This document shows, piece after piece, positions 1 through 13,102 of a stretch of 64,000 nt of DNA (the stretch's first letter is position 1; every line of letters begins with the position of its first letter). Made by a program: the position numbers and the translations under genes. The stretch is from positions 82,276,458 through 82,340,457 of the forward strand of contig NC_057718.1 of the NCBI RefSeq assembly GCF_004010195.1. Reading direction: 5' to 3'. Origin of the DNA: Chiloscyllium plagiosum. Taxonomy: Eukaryota. The notes under the pieces are model-generated. The model ran no database searches. It saw only the letters and a program-made list of their open reading frames with translations, and was not told the origin of the DNA.

Positions 1-739
1 AAGATATTAGCATGTGAGCTGTACCTGTGAACAGTTTGGAAGACAATAATTTGCATCATAATATCTTGGACCATCTACCTCGTAGATATTGGATAGTTAT
101 CCTTGCAGATCTTCACCCACATTTACTTTCAGTTCTGTACAATACTGAATATGGTCACTCTCTACAACCAGGTGTAATGCAATGTCACCTTTGGAGGGGC
201 ATGGCTACTAGAATGCTAAACAAGGCAGGCGTACCAGCACCCACTTATACAGCAGCACTTCAACTTTATTGGAAATCAAATACTTGGGCTGGTGCTACAC
301 ATCTGGCAAGCTTGCAGGAATTCTTGCTGACACATACAGCCACGTAACTGTGACTCAGAATTTTTCAAGTTGCTGTATGGCAGTCAGATAGCCCTCCATC
401 ATCACCTCATCCATTAATACAAATTCGGTGGAGCTAATTCCACCACGTTGCCAGTTTGTTTGTGCATGGAATGCAGTCAAATAGCTGCCAAGACTCTGCT
501 CTGGCAGCCTATTCTGTAAACAACTTCAACTCCTCTTTTGTTGACTATCGGCCACATCAAATTACTGGGTTAGGCTAGTCAATATTACATGATTCAGGGA
601 AATATACTTGCTCACAAATCAAGCTGACAACTATCAATGTCTGGCAATGGAAAGGGCAGGAGAACAAGGGAAACAGTGTCAACATCATGAGAAGTTGAGG
701 CGAGAGTGACAGCCCTAAACAGCAAAGCCATATTTGACC

Positions 740-1810
740 AAATATGGCATCAAAGAGCTTTAGCAAAACGGGAATTAATGGTAATTAGAAGGAAATGTTT
801 TTACTGTTTGGAGCCAAGCCTTGCACATAGGAAGATGGCCATCTCAGCTTCAAGACATCACTACAGGAATTCCTCAGGGTAGTCTCCTAGTGCCATCCAT
901 CTTCAGCTGCTTCACTAATGACATTTCCTCCATGATAAAAGGTCAAAAGTAGGGTTGTTTACTGATGGCTGCAGAATGTTCAGCACCATTCGCGACTCCT
1001 CGGTTACTGAAGCAGTCCATGTTCAAATGCAATAAGATCTATAATAGCCAGGTTTGGTCCAGCAAGTAGCATTTCCATCATAGAAATACTATGGAAAGAT
1101 CATCTCCAATAAGAGACAAACTAACCACCATCCTTGGCATTCAATGATTTTACTATCACTGAAACATCCTGGGGTTTACCATTGACGAGAAACTTACCTA
1201 GGAACTCCACGTAAATACAGTGGCTACAAGAGCAGGTCAGAGGCTAGGACTACTGTGGCAAGTCATTCATTATCTGACTCTGCAAAGCCCGTTCAGCATC
1301 TACAAGGCACAAGTCATGTGTGCGATGGAATACTCCCCACTTGCTTGGATGAGTGGAGTGCCAACAACATTCAAGAAGTCTGAATTATCCAGGACAATGC
1401 AGCCTACTTGATTGGCACCACATTTTTACAAACATCTACTCCCTCCATCACTGATGGTCAGTAGCAGCAGCACTGTGTATTATCTCCAAGATGCATTGCA
1501 AAAATTCACTAAAAGATCATAGACAGCACCTTCCAAACCCACAATCACTTCCATTCAGAAGGACAAGGCAGCAGATACATTGGACCATCACCTGTAAGTT
1601 TCCTTCCAAGCCAGTTACCATCTAGACTTGGAAAATAATCATAATTTGTACACTGTTGCCAGGTGAAAATCCTGGAATTCTCCCCTAATTGTATTAAGAG
1701 TCTACCCACAGAACATGGACTGCAGCTAATACATGAAGGCAACTTACCATCACCACCTTCACCAGGGCAACGTTGGGCAATAAATGCTGGCCAGCCAATG
1801 ATACCCGCGC
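740..1810 (+). mobile_element. Decayed non-LTR LINE (CR1/L2 superfamily), RT and 3' end
   Basis: GIPQGS-like and xDD-region remnants at ~865-970; RAGQRLGLL..YKAQV..MEYSPLAWM in ORF 1220-1411; same family at 3660-4350. Confidence 0.75.
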
Positions 1811-1913
1811 CCTTTGTTAAGAGCATCGCAACTTGTTAAATAAAAAGTGATCCATTTTCAGTGGTCCCAATTCAAAATTGTTCCAATTTCGTCCCAAATT
1901 GCATGACAAAATA

Positions 1914-2216
1914 TTAGATTAGAGATTAGATTAGATTCCCTACAGTGTGGAAACAGGCCCTTCGGCCCAACAAGTCCACATCAACCCTCCGAAGAGTAAC
2001 CCACCCCTCTCTGACTAATGCACCAAACACTATGGGCAATTTAGCATGGCCAATTCACCTGACCTGCACACCTTTGGAATGTCGGAGGAAACCGGAGCAT
2101 GCGGACACGGGGAGAATGTGCAAACTCCACACAGACATTCGCCCAAGAATGGAATTGAACGTGGGATCCTGGTGCTGTGAGGCAGCAGTGCTAACCACTG
2201 AGCCACCGTGCCACCC
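1914..2216 (-). mobile_element. HE1-like tRNA-derived V-SINE (internally deleted)
   Basis: tRNA-like A/B-box head, V-domain TGTGTGGAGTTTGCACATTCTCCCCGTGTC, CR1-derived tail ending in (AATCT)n. Confidence 0.85.
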
Positions 2217-2421
2217 CGCCACCCCATTACCGGTATGATAAATGTTAGCACAAACATCAAATAGGAACATGTTGATAAGAATGTCAATTCCTTGTACAGG
2301 TTTCTGCAATAATGAGCTAATAAGTGTAGTACCACTGTATGATCAGTTGAGGGTGCCATGTCACAAGTTATTGGAAAAATTCTGAGAATCAGCAAGCATC
2401 AGTTGCTCTCAACCATTCTCA

Positions 2422-2427
2422 TTTATT
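2422..2427 (-). terminator. Candidate MGME1 polyadenylation signal AATAAA
   Basis: tttatt on + strand ~770 nt downstream of the MGME1 stop; not verified against transcripts. Confidence 0.35.
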
Positions 2428-3198
2428 AAATTCTTGCTTCCATTGACAGACCTACTGTATCATATGGGTAACTGGTCACTCTAAATGTTTAGTAAACAAA
2501 TCCATTTTAAGATATACACGTTTCATTAAACAAAAGATAGCAGTTGAAACAGTGTACATTCCTGCCAGCTAAAACAAGATTTCTGGGACGGTCAAAGTGC
2601 TGCCTTACAACAATACAACTACAAAGGCTGATTCTTCATACGACCCATTTACACAGGGCTGATGTTTCACCAAATGGGTATTTCTGTTTCAGTCCATTGT
2701 ATTCGCTGAAATTCTGTGTCACTTTGATTACAGCGTATTTGGTGGAGCTCCACTGGACTAGCAAATTGTGACGGGCTTAATATTTGCAACCCAACATACC
2801 GCCATCAATGCCACGAAGCCTTACAAATTCAGTCATCAGTACCAAGAATAAAGGTGAAATGAACAATACTAGATTTCTCACAGTTTGTTGTTTGTAACAT
2901 TGTAAACAGATATAAAACCAAGTATTTACGTAGCATTTTTCAGGACGTCCCAAGTAGGTACTTTGACACAATCATTGTTGAAGAAGATATGGCAGTTCAT
3001 TCAAGGTTCTACAAAATGTGATGTCATAAACATAATAAGATGATACTTGTTTACAATTTCAGTAAACACCCTTAAAGATACAAGTATTGATTAAACTTTG
3101 CACTAACACCTGAAGACTGCTCCACGAAATGTTTTTGGGAGCTGGGTCAGTGTATTGCATTGGAGTGCTCTTTCAGCCCTGAGACAGACTCAAGCTAG

Positions 3199-3345
3199 TC
3201 ACGTGGAAACATGAATTTGCTTCTTGTATTTCTCCAGCCGAAGCAGCCATTTCTTCCAGCAAGTGAGGAACAGTTCGCGGTCCATGAAGTGAGCATGTGC
3301 AGGTGAACCATCTTTGTAGGCCACCACAATCAGTCCCCGCTCAAC
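3199..3345 (-). CDS. MGME1: MGME1 last coding exon
   Basis: CAG acceptor at 3346-3348; VERGLIVVAYKDGSPAHAHFMDRELFLTCWKKWLLRLEKYKKQIHVST then TGA at 3201-3199; total CDS 559+214+133+147=1053 nt (350 aa); not in the ORF track. Confidence 0.95.
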   Translation of the reverse strand, partial: VERGLIVVAYKDGSPAHAHFMDRELFLTCWKKWLLRLEKYKKQIHVST

Positions 3346-3659
3346 CTGACAGAAGCAAAAAAAATGGTCTTGTCACTTCTAAAATAACACACACCAAGTT
3401 AAAGTATGAATAAATGCATTTTTAAAAAATCAAAATTTGATTCGAGATCCCCTCCAACAGGTGCTCACTTCCCAAGTTATTTGATGGTATATCATGGCAC
3501 TGAGCAGCATTTTGGGAGGACTCTGCACTGAATGTGTTATTTCTGTTGGTTTAGACAAGAAGAGATAGTTTACCTTTGTCACAGTCACACAGAATGTCAT
3601 TTATGAATTTGAAAAGAACTATTTTAACACTAATGATGAGGTGGAAACCTGTTTGGAGG

Positions 3660-4350
3660 GATTCAACTTTCTGGCTTGGGCTGATAAATGGCAAGTAGCA
3701 TTCACATCACAAGTGCCAGATAATGCCCATCACCAACAAGAGGGAATCTAACCAATGCTATTGAATATCAGAGGGCAATACCATCACTGAACCCCCACAA
3801 TCAACATCTTAGGACTTACCACTGACCAGAAATGAAACTGGACAGCCATAAAAATACTATAGCTATAAAAGCAGGTCAGAGGCTAGGAATTATACAGCAG
3901 TAACTCATCTCTTGCCTCCCTAGTAGCTATTCCATTACCCACAAGACACAAGTCAGGAGTGTGGAGGAGTACTCTCCTCATGCCTTGATGAGTGCAGCTC
4001 CGACTACAATGAAGCAGCTCAACACTAACCAAGACACAGCAGCCTGGTTGATCAGAAATCAAACTACTCCATTCATTCCCTCCACAGTGGCAGCAGCATG
4101 TACCAACTATAAGATGCACTGCAGGAACTCACCAAGACTCCTTTAACAGCACCTTCCAAACCCACAACCTCTAACACTCAGAAGGATAAGGGAAGCAGGT
4201 GGATGGAGCACTCCCACCTGCATGTTTCTCTCCAAACTGTACATTATCTAACTTTGAACTATATCACTGCTCATTCACTACCACAGGGTCAAAATCCTTC
4301 ACTGTAATGTGGATGCATTGACACCAAATGGACCGCAGTGGTTCAAAACA
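3660..4350 (+). mobile_element. Decayed LINE 3' end, same family as 740-1810
   Basis: Shared blocks gcaggtcagaggctagga, acagcaccttccaaacccacaa. Confidence 0.75.
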
Positions 4351-5274
4351 TCACCATGGAGAGGAAGATACAAATTAGATGAGAGAAATTGTTACTGTAT
4401 CAATTAACATGGGGACCAGGAAGCAAAATCAGCTGGTCAGCAGTTTAGGAGAAATAGGTTTGGAGGAGGAGGAGGAACTGGGTTTCATGATCAAGGCAGT
4501 AGGTGAGACAGGAAGGAAACAGAAACATGCAGGTTTGAGACTAGGAGAAGGAGGAGCACAAAAGGAAAGGTTGGTCAGGTAGGCTAGTAAAAAGAAAGTT
4601 TACAGCACAGGAAACCGATCAGATTAATCTTGATCTTTGTGACAAACAAATGTCCATGAGTGCTTTGTACTTTTTGGGTGCAAAGTTGGAAGAAACAGTG
4701 ATTTGTAGTATCGAACAGAAAACAGAAGTTGTTGCATTCCTTTGGAGGGAAGGGAGCAGAGCTTTGAAAGCCATATGAGGGGGAACAAGCGGAATGAGAG
4801 AGCAAAATAGTTTTAATGGGGCCTGGGACAAAATCTGGTGGCAACTGTTGTGTCATTCAGCAGCTGCTGGAATGGTGTGGTAAATGTATGGTTAAACATT
4901 TGGTAGCTGAGATTTTGAAAGTGGAGCTGTAAGTATATTGGGATTAGTACCCTCTCACCGAGGCAGATACAGGATATAGGGTTTTTCTATGGAATTGGAT
5001 CTACAGCAAGACAAAGAAATGATAAAGATGTTTACACTCGTGATTAATAACAATGGCTATATCATGCAAGATAACAAGGTCAAACGGATTGGATGATCTT
5101 CGTGGAAAGAGAGCTCAATAATAAATGAGCAGGCAATGCCAAGGGGGAATCAGGGAGATTGAAAATTTAAGTCATTCAATGCAGGTGCTGAATGGAGAAA
5201 GCACTAAAGGTATCTCAGTGGCAATTTTAAAAGAATCATACTGGGGATAATGAGCAGATAATATGTTTAAATGG

Positions 5275-5490
5275 TATTGGTTGAGAAATAAATATTGATC
5301 AGTAAATCTTTTCTGCTCTTTTTTCAAGAGTGCTGTAGGATCTTTCCTTTCACTTGAAGGAAAAATGGGCCTTGATTTACTGTCTCATTTGAAAACAGCA
5401 CCTTCCACAGCATAAGCAGTGTCCTGTACTGGAGTACTAGCCAACACATCAAGAGTGGGACTTGAACCAACAATCATTTGAGCCGGAGGT
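5275..5490 (-). mobile_element. Old Deu-domain SINE (SacSINE1/AmnSINE-like) fragment
   Basis: Resembles the DeuSINE core (ggatctt...cacttga...gggccttg.ttta..gtctcat..gaaa..agcacc) plus B-box-like gtgggacttgaacc; related pieces at ~20740-20930, ~45915-45995, ~48110-48310. Confidence 0.55.
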
Positions 5491-5654
5491 AAGAAGTTGA
5501 CAAAATGTGGTGCTGAAAAAGCACAGCAGGTCAGGCAGCATCCAAGGAACTGGAGAGCTGACGTTTCAAGCAGAAGCCTTCATCATGATCCAACTCCACC
5601 TACTATCTCCTAGCAGCTTACATCGAATGAAAGGGGAGATTAAAACTTACTGAC

Positions 5655-5787
5655 CTGAAAGTTATAGTTGTCATCATGGTTCAGGGCACCAGCATATGCT
5701 GCCACCTGAAGCGGGTTATCAAAGGTATTTCGAAAATATGGTTTTGGCTTCTCAGAGGTTTTCCAGTCTATAACACACAACTTGCCC
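5655..5787 (-). CDS. MGME1: MGME1 exon 4 (DWK catalytic motif, QxxxY motif)
   Basis: CAG acceptor at 5788-5790, donor CAG|GTCAGT at 5654; (R)[44 protein letters not shown]; 133 nt. Confidence 0.96.
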
Positions 5788-7600
5788 CTGCACAAGATAT
5801 AACAATTAAAAGCATCTGTTGAACTTGTACTAACACTGATTCTGGAGTTCTTTTTGAAATAGTGATCTTTTACCTGAAAATTGCTCTTGCTGAAAGAAAT
5901 CCTGTTTACGAGGAAGAAACTTATTATTGAAAGGCAAAAGCAGATTTGCTGAACCACGGACCTCCACAGAGGAATTTACTGCCATTCACCATTACTAATC
6001 CTTGAATATTCCAGTCAGACAAACAATCAAAAAAAGCAGTTTCTTAAACTGGTAAAGCTAGCATAGATTGCAGGGGGCCAGATTCAGTTGGCTTAATTGT
6101 TAGGAACAATTTCCCTCAAGTCACAGTAATTAGAAAGGGAAAAAGCAGTCAGGTTTTTGCTTCTCACTATTACCTGATAATTCCAGTTGGAGAGTTCATA
6201 TTGAGCAGGGATAAGTCCAGGCAGGTTTGGTAGGTTTGATTCCTACCAAGACTATCTCTTGGCAGTTCCATTGATTGTTGGTGAAGCTTTGAGCCACTAA
6301 CTGGTGACAGCATGGGTAGCTTGGACAGATTGTGAGAGGTATAGATGATAGCTCAGAATTAAACTGCAGAAGATCAAATCTGTCGTCTACACCAATTTAT
6401 TTTCAGTCTCACCCCCATGCTCATCCCCTTACAACTATTTCAAAGCTAATAGTGGAGAGGCAATTCAGGCTATTAAATATCTGGTACCCCTCTAGAAAAT
6501 TTCCTCTGCAGCCTCTACCACAAAATTCAATGGCTTTTAATGTAAGATAAACATGAGTAGGAGCAAATCATACAGCCCCTCATCCCCATTTTGCCAATCA
6601 ATACAATCCTGGTTGATTTTCTGCTTTAACTCCACTTTCTCACACACTCCCCATTTCCTTCAATTCCTCAAGAGATCAAAGAATGAATGTGGAAGGGCCC
6701 AAGCTGTTTTACTTGGACGCAGGGTCACTTACAAAAGCTTTTTCAATTTAGTATCCTCCACAAATTCATAAACTTTGGGACTCAAACCTAAATTAGGGTC
6801 ATAGTTACAGCAGATGAGGTTACAAGGTGCCCATCCTGCAAGACGGCACCCTACACTGCAAAGAGCATGCAGTCCTAACCTTGGTCTCACACTCTTCCCC
6901 AGATTTGGAGGAAAGTCCTGCTCGGTGCAATTACTATGAACAAATTTGGTATATGGGTTATTGATTCTCTCCTATTCCACTTTGTTATTATCCTGGATCC
7001 AGTCCACTGGTGACCTGATCCTTGGAATTACTTTTCATCTTTAAACCATTTATAATGGTCAGATGCAAGGGACTCTAACTCAGGAGATCCTGTTCTATGG
7101 CCTATATTGGAACTTGATGTGCACCAAGGTAGAAAGCTGGATTAACAAACTGATTACTCTGAAAAATTAGAGAAAAAAAAAGGAGAGAGAGAAAAAAGGG
7201 GAAAAAAGAGAGGGGAATAGGTACCATGATAATAAAAACAGTATGTGCGCCCTGGAATTTGCATATTCAACAGGAGAGAGACAATATTTAGTCATTAGTT
7301 TTAGCATTATCTAAGATCAGCAAGTTTAAAAACAGTTTAAAAGTTTTTGGGTTCAGTTTGAAGGAGACCTGACTTGGGGTCAGACGCATTAATTGACTCT
7401 CCTAGAAAAGTAGAATGTTCAGAGCAGTCGTGGAAATAAATTAAAGCATTAAAGGTGTAGTTTGTGAAACCTCCAGACCCATGGATGTTTGGTTACAATT
7501 CTGCAGGTTATTTAAGGAGAAAATTTAACCTCTCAGTTGTGAAATTATTTCAGGAAAACAATCCACATCTCAGAACAAAACAGAATCTGTGAAAAAGCAG

Positions 7601-7819
7601 GAGAAAGTGAGGTCTGCGGATGCTGGAGATCAGAGTCGAGAGTGTGTTGCTGGAAAAGCACAGCAGGTCAGGCAGCATCCCAGGAGTAGCAGAATCAATG
7701 TTTTGGGCCGGAGCCCTTCATATTCCTGATGAAGGGCTCTGGCCCAAAGTGTCGACTTTTCTGATCCTCGGATGCTGCCTGATCTGCTGTGCTTTTCCAG
7801 CAATACACTCTCAGCTCTC
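7601..7819. mobile_element. Fold-back Penelope-like pLTR insertion with 11-bp TSD
   Basis: Inverted arms; TGAAAAAGCAG at 7590-7600 and 7820-7830. Confidence 0.75.
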
Positions 7820-7949
7820 TGAAAAAGCAGTTAAGTCACACCTACAGACTGGATTGAGAATAAACATTTCTCTGGATTTTGGTTAATTGTAAGGTGATAG
7901 CCTTGGTGAGAAGAGGAGATTTTTTCTTTACCAAGAATTTAAATATATT

Positions 7950-9490
7950 TTGGAAGGGCAAGGACTGATTAGAGATAGTCAGCATAGTTTTGTGCATGGA
8001 AATCATGTCACACTAAATTCAATTTCTGAAGTAGGAACAAAAAGAGGATTGATGAGGGCAGAGTGGTGGAAGTGATCTATATGGACTTCAGCAAGTTGTC
8101 TGACAAGGTTCCTCATGGGAGACAGGTTAGCAAGGTTAGATTACATGGAATACAGGCAGAACTAGCCATCTGGATACAGAACTGGCTCAAACATGTGGTG
8201 GTGGAGGGATACTTTTCAGACTGGAGGCCTGTGACCAGTGGAGTGCCACAAGCTTCGGTGCTGGGTCCACTGCTTTACGTCATTTATATAAATGATTTAG
8301 ATGTGAACATAAGCAGTATAGCTAGTAAGTATGCAGATGACACCAAAATTGGAGGTGTAGTGGACAGCGAAGAAGCTTATCTCAGATTACAATAGGATCT
8401 TGATCAGGTGGGCCAATGATCTGAGGAGTGGCAGATGGAGTTTAATTCAGATAAATGCGAGGTGTTGCATTTTGGAAAGGCAAATCAGGGCAGGACACTT
8501 AATGGAAAGGTCCTGAGGAGTGTTGCTGAACAAAGAGACCTTGGAGTGCTGGTTCATAGTTCCTTGAAAGTGGAGTCCCAGGTACATAGGATAGTGAAGA
8601 TAGCGTCTCGTATGCTTTTCTTTATTGGTCAGAGCATTGAGTATAGGAGTTCGGAGTTCATGTTGAGGCTGTAAAGTACATTATTTAGGCCACTTTTGGA
8701 ATATTACGTGCAATTCTTGTCTCCCTCCTATCAGACGGATGTCGTGAAATTGAAAGGGTTCAGAAGAAAGGATTTATAAGAATGTTGCCAGGGTTGGAGA
8801 ATGTGAGCTACGGGGAGAGGTTGAATAGACTGGGGCTGTTTTCCCTGGAGCGTGGGAGGCTGAGGGTTGGCCTTACAGAGGCTTATAAAATCATGAAGGG
8901 CATGGATAAGGTAAATGAGGAGTCCAGAACTAGAGGTTTAGGGTGAGAGGGGAAAAATTTAAAATGGACCTATGGGACAACTTTTTTCATGCAGAGGGTA
9001 GTGCATGAATGGAAAGAGCTGCCAGAAGAAGTAATGGAGGTTGATACAACTACAACATTGAAAAGGCATTGGGTGAGTATATGAATAGCAACGGTAAAAA
9101 CAAGGACTGCGGATGCTGGAAACCAGAGTCTAAATTAGAGTGGTGCTGGAAAAGCACAGCAGGTCAGGCGGCATACAAGGAGCAGGAAAATCGATGTTTC
9201 GGGCAAAAGCCCTTCATCAGGAATAGAGGCAGGGTGCCTGCAGAGTGGAGAGATAAATGAGAGGGGGTGGGGGTGGGGAGAAAGTAGCATAGAGTACAAT
9301 AGGTGAATCGAGGTGGGGATGGAGGTGTCCACCTATCCACTCCACCCTCCTCTCTGACCTATCACCTTCATCCCCACAGGAAACATGGACCAAGTGCTGG
9401 CAAATCAGACTCGATTAATTTAGGATGTCTGATCGGCATGGACAAGTTGGACTGAAGGGTCTGGTTCTGTGCTGAACATCTCTTTGACTA
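7950..9490 (+). mobile_element. CR1 (HER1-like) LINE, 5'-truncated RT and 3' UTR, interrupted by a Penelope pLTR fragment at ~9095-9377
   Basis: ORFs 8063-8395 (YMDFSK..DKVPH, SGVPQASVLGP, YADD) and 8435-8674. Confidence 0.9.
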
Positions 9491-9584
9491 TGTGTGCATC
9501 AAATCTTTTGAACAATGTTGTAATTAGATAGTTTACTTTGCTTTTTTTTTATTACTTTGGTGTAATAAACTTGTTTTATTGTTA

Positions 9585-9804
9585 CAAAAACAGAAATTGC
9601 TTGTAAAAGCTCAGTAGATCTGGCAGTATTTGTTAAGAGAATTCAAAGTTAACGTTTCAAGTTTGGCGATCCTTCCTCAGAATTCAAAACTGGACTCGAA
9701 ACGTTAACTTTGATTTCTCTTTACAGGTGCTGCCACACCAGCTGAGCTTTTCCAGCAGCTTCTGTTTTTGTTTGACTTACAGCGTCCGCAGTTCTTTTGT
9801 TTAC
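9585..9804. mobile_element. Fold-back Penelope-like insertion (second family) with ~13-bp TSD
   Basis: Arms acaaaaacagaa..aaagttaacgtttc / gaaacgttaacttt..ttctgtttttgt; TGTTT(T/A)ATTGTTA at 9572-9584 and 9805-9817. Confidence 0.65.
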
Positions 9805-9854
9805 TGTTTAATTGTTAATCAATCTACAACCTCATTTGTTTGCTTATAGCTTCA

Positions 9855-10660
9855 GAAGAGATGTACAGCATGGAAACAGACCCTTCAGTCCAACCCCTCC
9901 ATGCCGACCAGATATCCCAACCTAATCTAGTCCCATCTTCAGCACCCGCCCCATATCCCTCGAAGCCCCTTCCTATTCATATACCCGTCCAAATGCCTCT
10001 TAAATGTTGCAATTGTATCAGCCTCCACCACATCCTCTGGCAGCTCATTCCATATATGTACCACCCTCTGCGTANNNNNNNNNNNNNNNNNNNNNNNNNN
10101 NNNNNNNNNNNNNNNNNNNNNNNNNNNNNNNNNNNNNNNNNNNNNNNNNNNNNNNNNNNNNNNNNNNNNNNNNNNNNNNNNNNNNNNNNNNNNNNNNNNN
10201 NNNNNNNNNNNNNNNNNNNNNNNNNNNNNNNNNNNNNNNNNNNNNNNNNNNNNNNNNNNNNNNNNNNNNNNNNNNNNNNNNNNNNNNNNNNNNNNNNNNN
10301 NNNCCAAAATGCAGCATCTCGCATTTATCTGAATTAAACTCCATCTGCCACTTCTCGGCCCATTGGCCCATCTGGTCCAGATCCTGTTGTATTCTGAGGT
10401 AATCCTCTTCGCTGTCCACTACACCTCCAATTTTGGTGTCATCTGCAAACTTACTAACTGACCTCTTATGCTTGCATCCAAATCATTTATGTAAATGACA
10501 AAAAGTAGAGGGACCAACACTGATCCTTATGGCACTCCACTGGTCACAGGCCTCCAGTCTGAAAAACAACCCTCCACCACCACCCTGTGTCTTCTACCTT
10601 TGAGCCAGTTCTGTATCCAAATGGCTAGTTCCCCCTGTATTCCATGAGATCTAACTCATG
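9855..10660 (-). mobile_element. CR1 LINE, 5'-truncated, spanning assembly gap 10075-10303
   Basis: [37 protein letters not shown]1 3' UTR. Confidence 0.9.
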
Positions 10661-11080
10661 TTAATTTTTTTAAAAAAAACTACCAAATCTGTCTTCATTC
10701 TGGGATTGGACCTGTCCGTGGTAACATCAGGAGATATCTTGGCAGCTGAGGTATTTATATCTGCCTAACTCACAGTCGTAACCTCCTGTCCCTGACCATT
10801 CATCAACTCTCAAATTGATTTAATCTTACTGGCATAAATGTCTCCAAGAACAAAGGGTCTATTATCCTCACTGTTGCCCTATACCGTTTGCAATTCAGGC
10901 TCCAGTTACACAATTAATTCCTCAACCCACAGATACTTAGCTTAGTTATGACTGTTGGGGATTGCATTGCTGTCCATGAGAACATTGCATTGCTGTCATG
11001 ACAGCCACCTGTTCTGCCAATTCTTGCAATACTCAAGTCCACAACGTAAAACATTAGATGAAAGGAATGCTGGGTCTTAC

Positions 11081-11294
11081 CGATATTCTGCAATGCAGTC
11101 TACCAGCCCCATGTACTGTAATGGCAGATGAGTCACAACACTCTCCAAGACTCGAGGTCCTCTAATGTCTGCTAAGATTTCCTGCACACTGTGTAAGTAC
11201 CCTGTAATTTCTTCATCATCAGTTTTTGGAATTTTGGTCGAGAGAAGAGTCTCCTCCAAAGCAGAATGGAAAAGCTTTCCTCGGTTGAGAATAT
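11081..11294 (-). CDS. MGME1: MGME1 exon 3 (nuclease motifs)
   Basis: CAG acceptor at 11295-11297, donor CG|GTAAGA at 11080; (N)ILNRGKLFHSALEE...LESVVTHLPLQYMGLVDCIAEY(R); 214 nt; phases fit both neighbours. Confidence 0.95.
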
Positions 11295-12543
11295 CTGGGG
11301 GAAATATCGTGTCCAATGTCACTAGCAGAATGGTCACAGAAATTGACAGCACATTTAAAATTTGCTCTGGTCACTCGGATTGCACAGTCTCCCATACTTA
11401 ACAGCAACAAGTGATTTTGTAGGAACTTCTTCCATGGAGGAAGAGACTCCAGACAGTTACTGTAGGTTTCTGTCAGCATTCAAACAGCTAATACAAAGTA
11501 GCACAAACTAAATTCTGGAACAGACTGCGTAAGATAGATATATGCAAAAGAGTGAATGGGGTGACGGAAGAGTGAAAGGAAAACAAGGTGACAAAAAGCA
11601 AGTTCAAGACCATCTGAAAAGTCATCACTTCCTCAAGGCTATGTGAACAATTGGTCTCCAAGCAGATAGTTAATACAATGTAAACACTACTCACCAAACT
11701 ACCTAATTTTCAGCAAAGTAATGGGATGACAAAAATCTCAAGCACAACTGTGGCTGATTTTCCTTATTCTGCATTTTCTGGTTTCAATAACTTCAGATGT
11801 TGGTGTTGACTAGTATAGGGTTGGAATGGTTGCCATGAGCACATTTAATGCCCCAAAATTGCAGACCTCTCGTGGATTATGCTTCTACTGCAGCATTAAA
11901 TAAAAGAATTGCACTGGGTCAAAGAGAAGCCTAGTGGTACACGTACAGGTTAAACTTTTAAAGATAGATTACCAGTATTTTGGGAAGAGGAGTTAAACAT
12001 CCCATCAATCAGAATGACGATCTTGAGGCAAAGGCAGCAGAGGATCTTGAGGCAAAACATTTTCCAACGTGTTACAAACGCAGTGATGTCTTAATAAAGA
12101 ATTATAGTTAAAAACTGCTTCAGGACATAACCCCTAGGCATTTTCACCTGAGTCAATAAACACCCACATTAAATTACCGTAGGATCGAAGCAGAAAAGAG
12201 ACTTTTCAATTTGTGGGGGAGACAAAAACTCGGGGCCTGTCACTACCAAATGTAAAACTAGTTTTGGAGAAATAGTCTTCAACTAGAGGGTGGCGAGAAT
12301 GTGCAAGTCCCTAATACAAGAAGTCACTGAAGGAAGAGTAGTGTTGTCTTTAAAGGGAAGTTAAATAAAGTATATGAGGGAAAAAGGAGTTGAAGACTAT
12401 GCAGATAGTTGTGGATGAATAGAATGGAAAGAGGTTCACGCTGAGTACAAACACCTGCACAGAATGTTTGAGAGTGGTAAATTGGATGAAACCAGGCCAA
12501 CTCAGAGTGATCACTTCTACGCAGTACTACAAGGAATACTTAC

Positions 12544-13102
12544 TTCTTGAATACTCCTTGAAGCCATCTTGGCCAAGCTCAGTTATCATTCTCCGTTTCC
12601 ATCGTTCCAAATAAAATGCTTGCTCCAAACTCATGGTCAATTGCAAGATGCGTGTCACACTAGGCAAGCTGGCTTTCGAGTGATCCCCCTGTGACATTAA
12701 CTGCAACGGTAGTTTGAGCACAGGCCCTGGTTCATACTCAGTATTCTGACGTTCAAAGTTCAGGAGAGGGGCCAGATTTTGGGGGCTTTCAGATTCTGAA
12801 TCTGCGCTGGCTGATTTTGATCTGATGGCCGGTCCGTACAAGAGGTTATCCTCATTGAGCAGGGTCTCAGGGGTCTGAGGGCTGACCTTTGTTGAGACAA
12901 CAGAGCGGACCAAAGAGGCATATTTCTTATGATCCACTTGCTCATACTTGCTGAGATCCTTTCTCTGACAATTAAGAGAAAGGAAGGTAGAAAAGCTGTG
13001 ATGCTTGAAGACCAGCTCTTTCTGCACTGCATGCCAACGTTGTTTGAAAGAATTATCGAGTACTCTGCAGGTTGCAGCATTCAGCACTGCAGCGAATTTC
13101 AT
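12544..13102 (-). CDS. MGME1: MGME1 first coding exon (exon 2); N-terminal region with probable mitochondrial targeting sequence
   Basis: ATG at 13102; translation MKFAAVLNAA...LPSVTRILQLTMSLEQAFYLERWKRRMITELGQDGFKEYSR resembles vertebrate MGME1; donor A|GTAAGT at 12543; upstream acceptor TAG at 13148-13150 (exon starts 13147); 559 nt, phase 1. Confidence 0.95.

Noticed and set aside
27..347. 106-aa ORF at the window start
   Set aside because: Non-ATG start, no recognisable domain or supporting splice pattern
6800..10725. Possible fragmented solo LTR ending ...GGTAACA at ~10725
   Set aside because: Only compositional resemblance; no 5' TG boundary, TSD or second LTR could be pinned down
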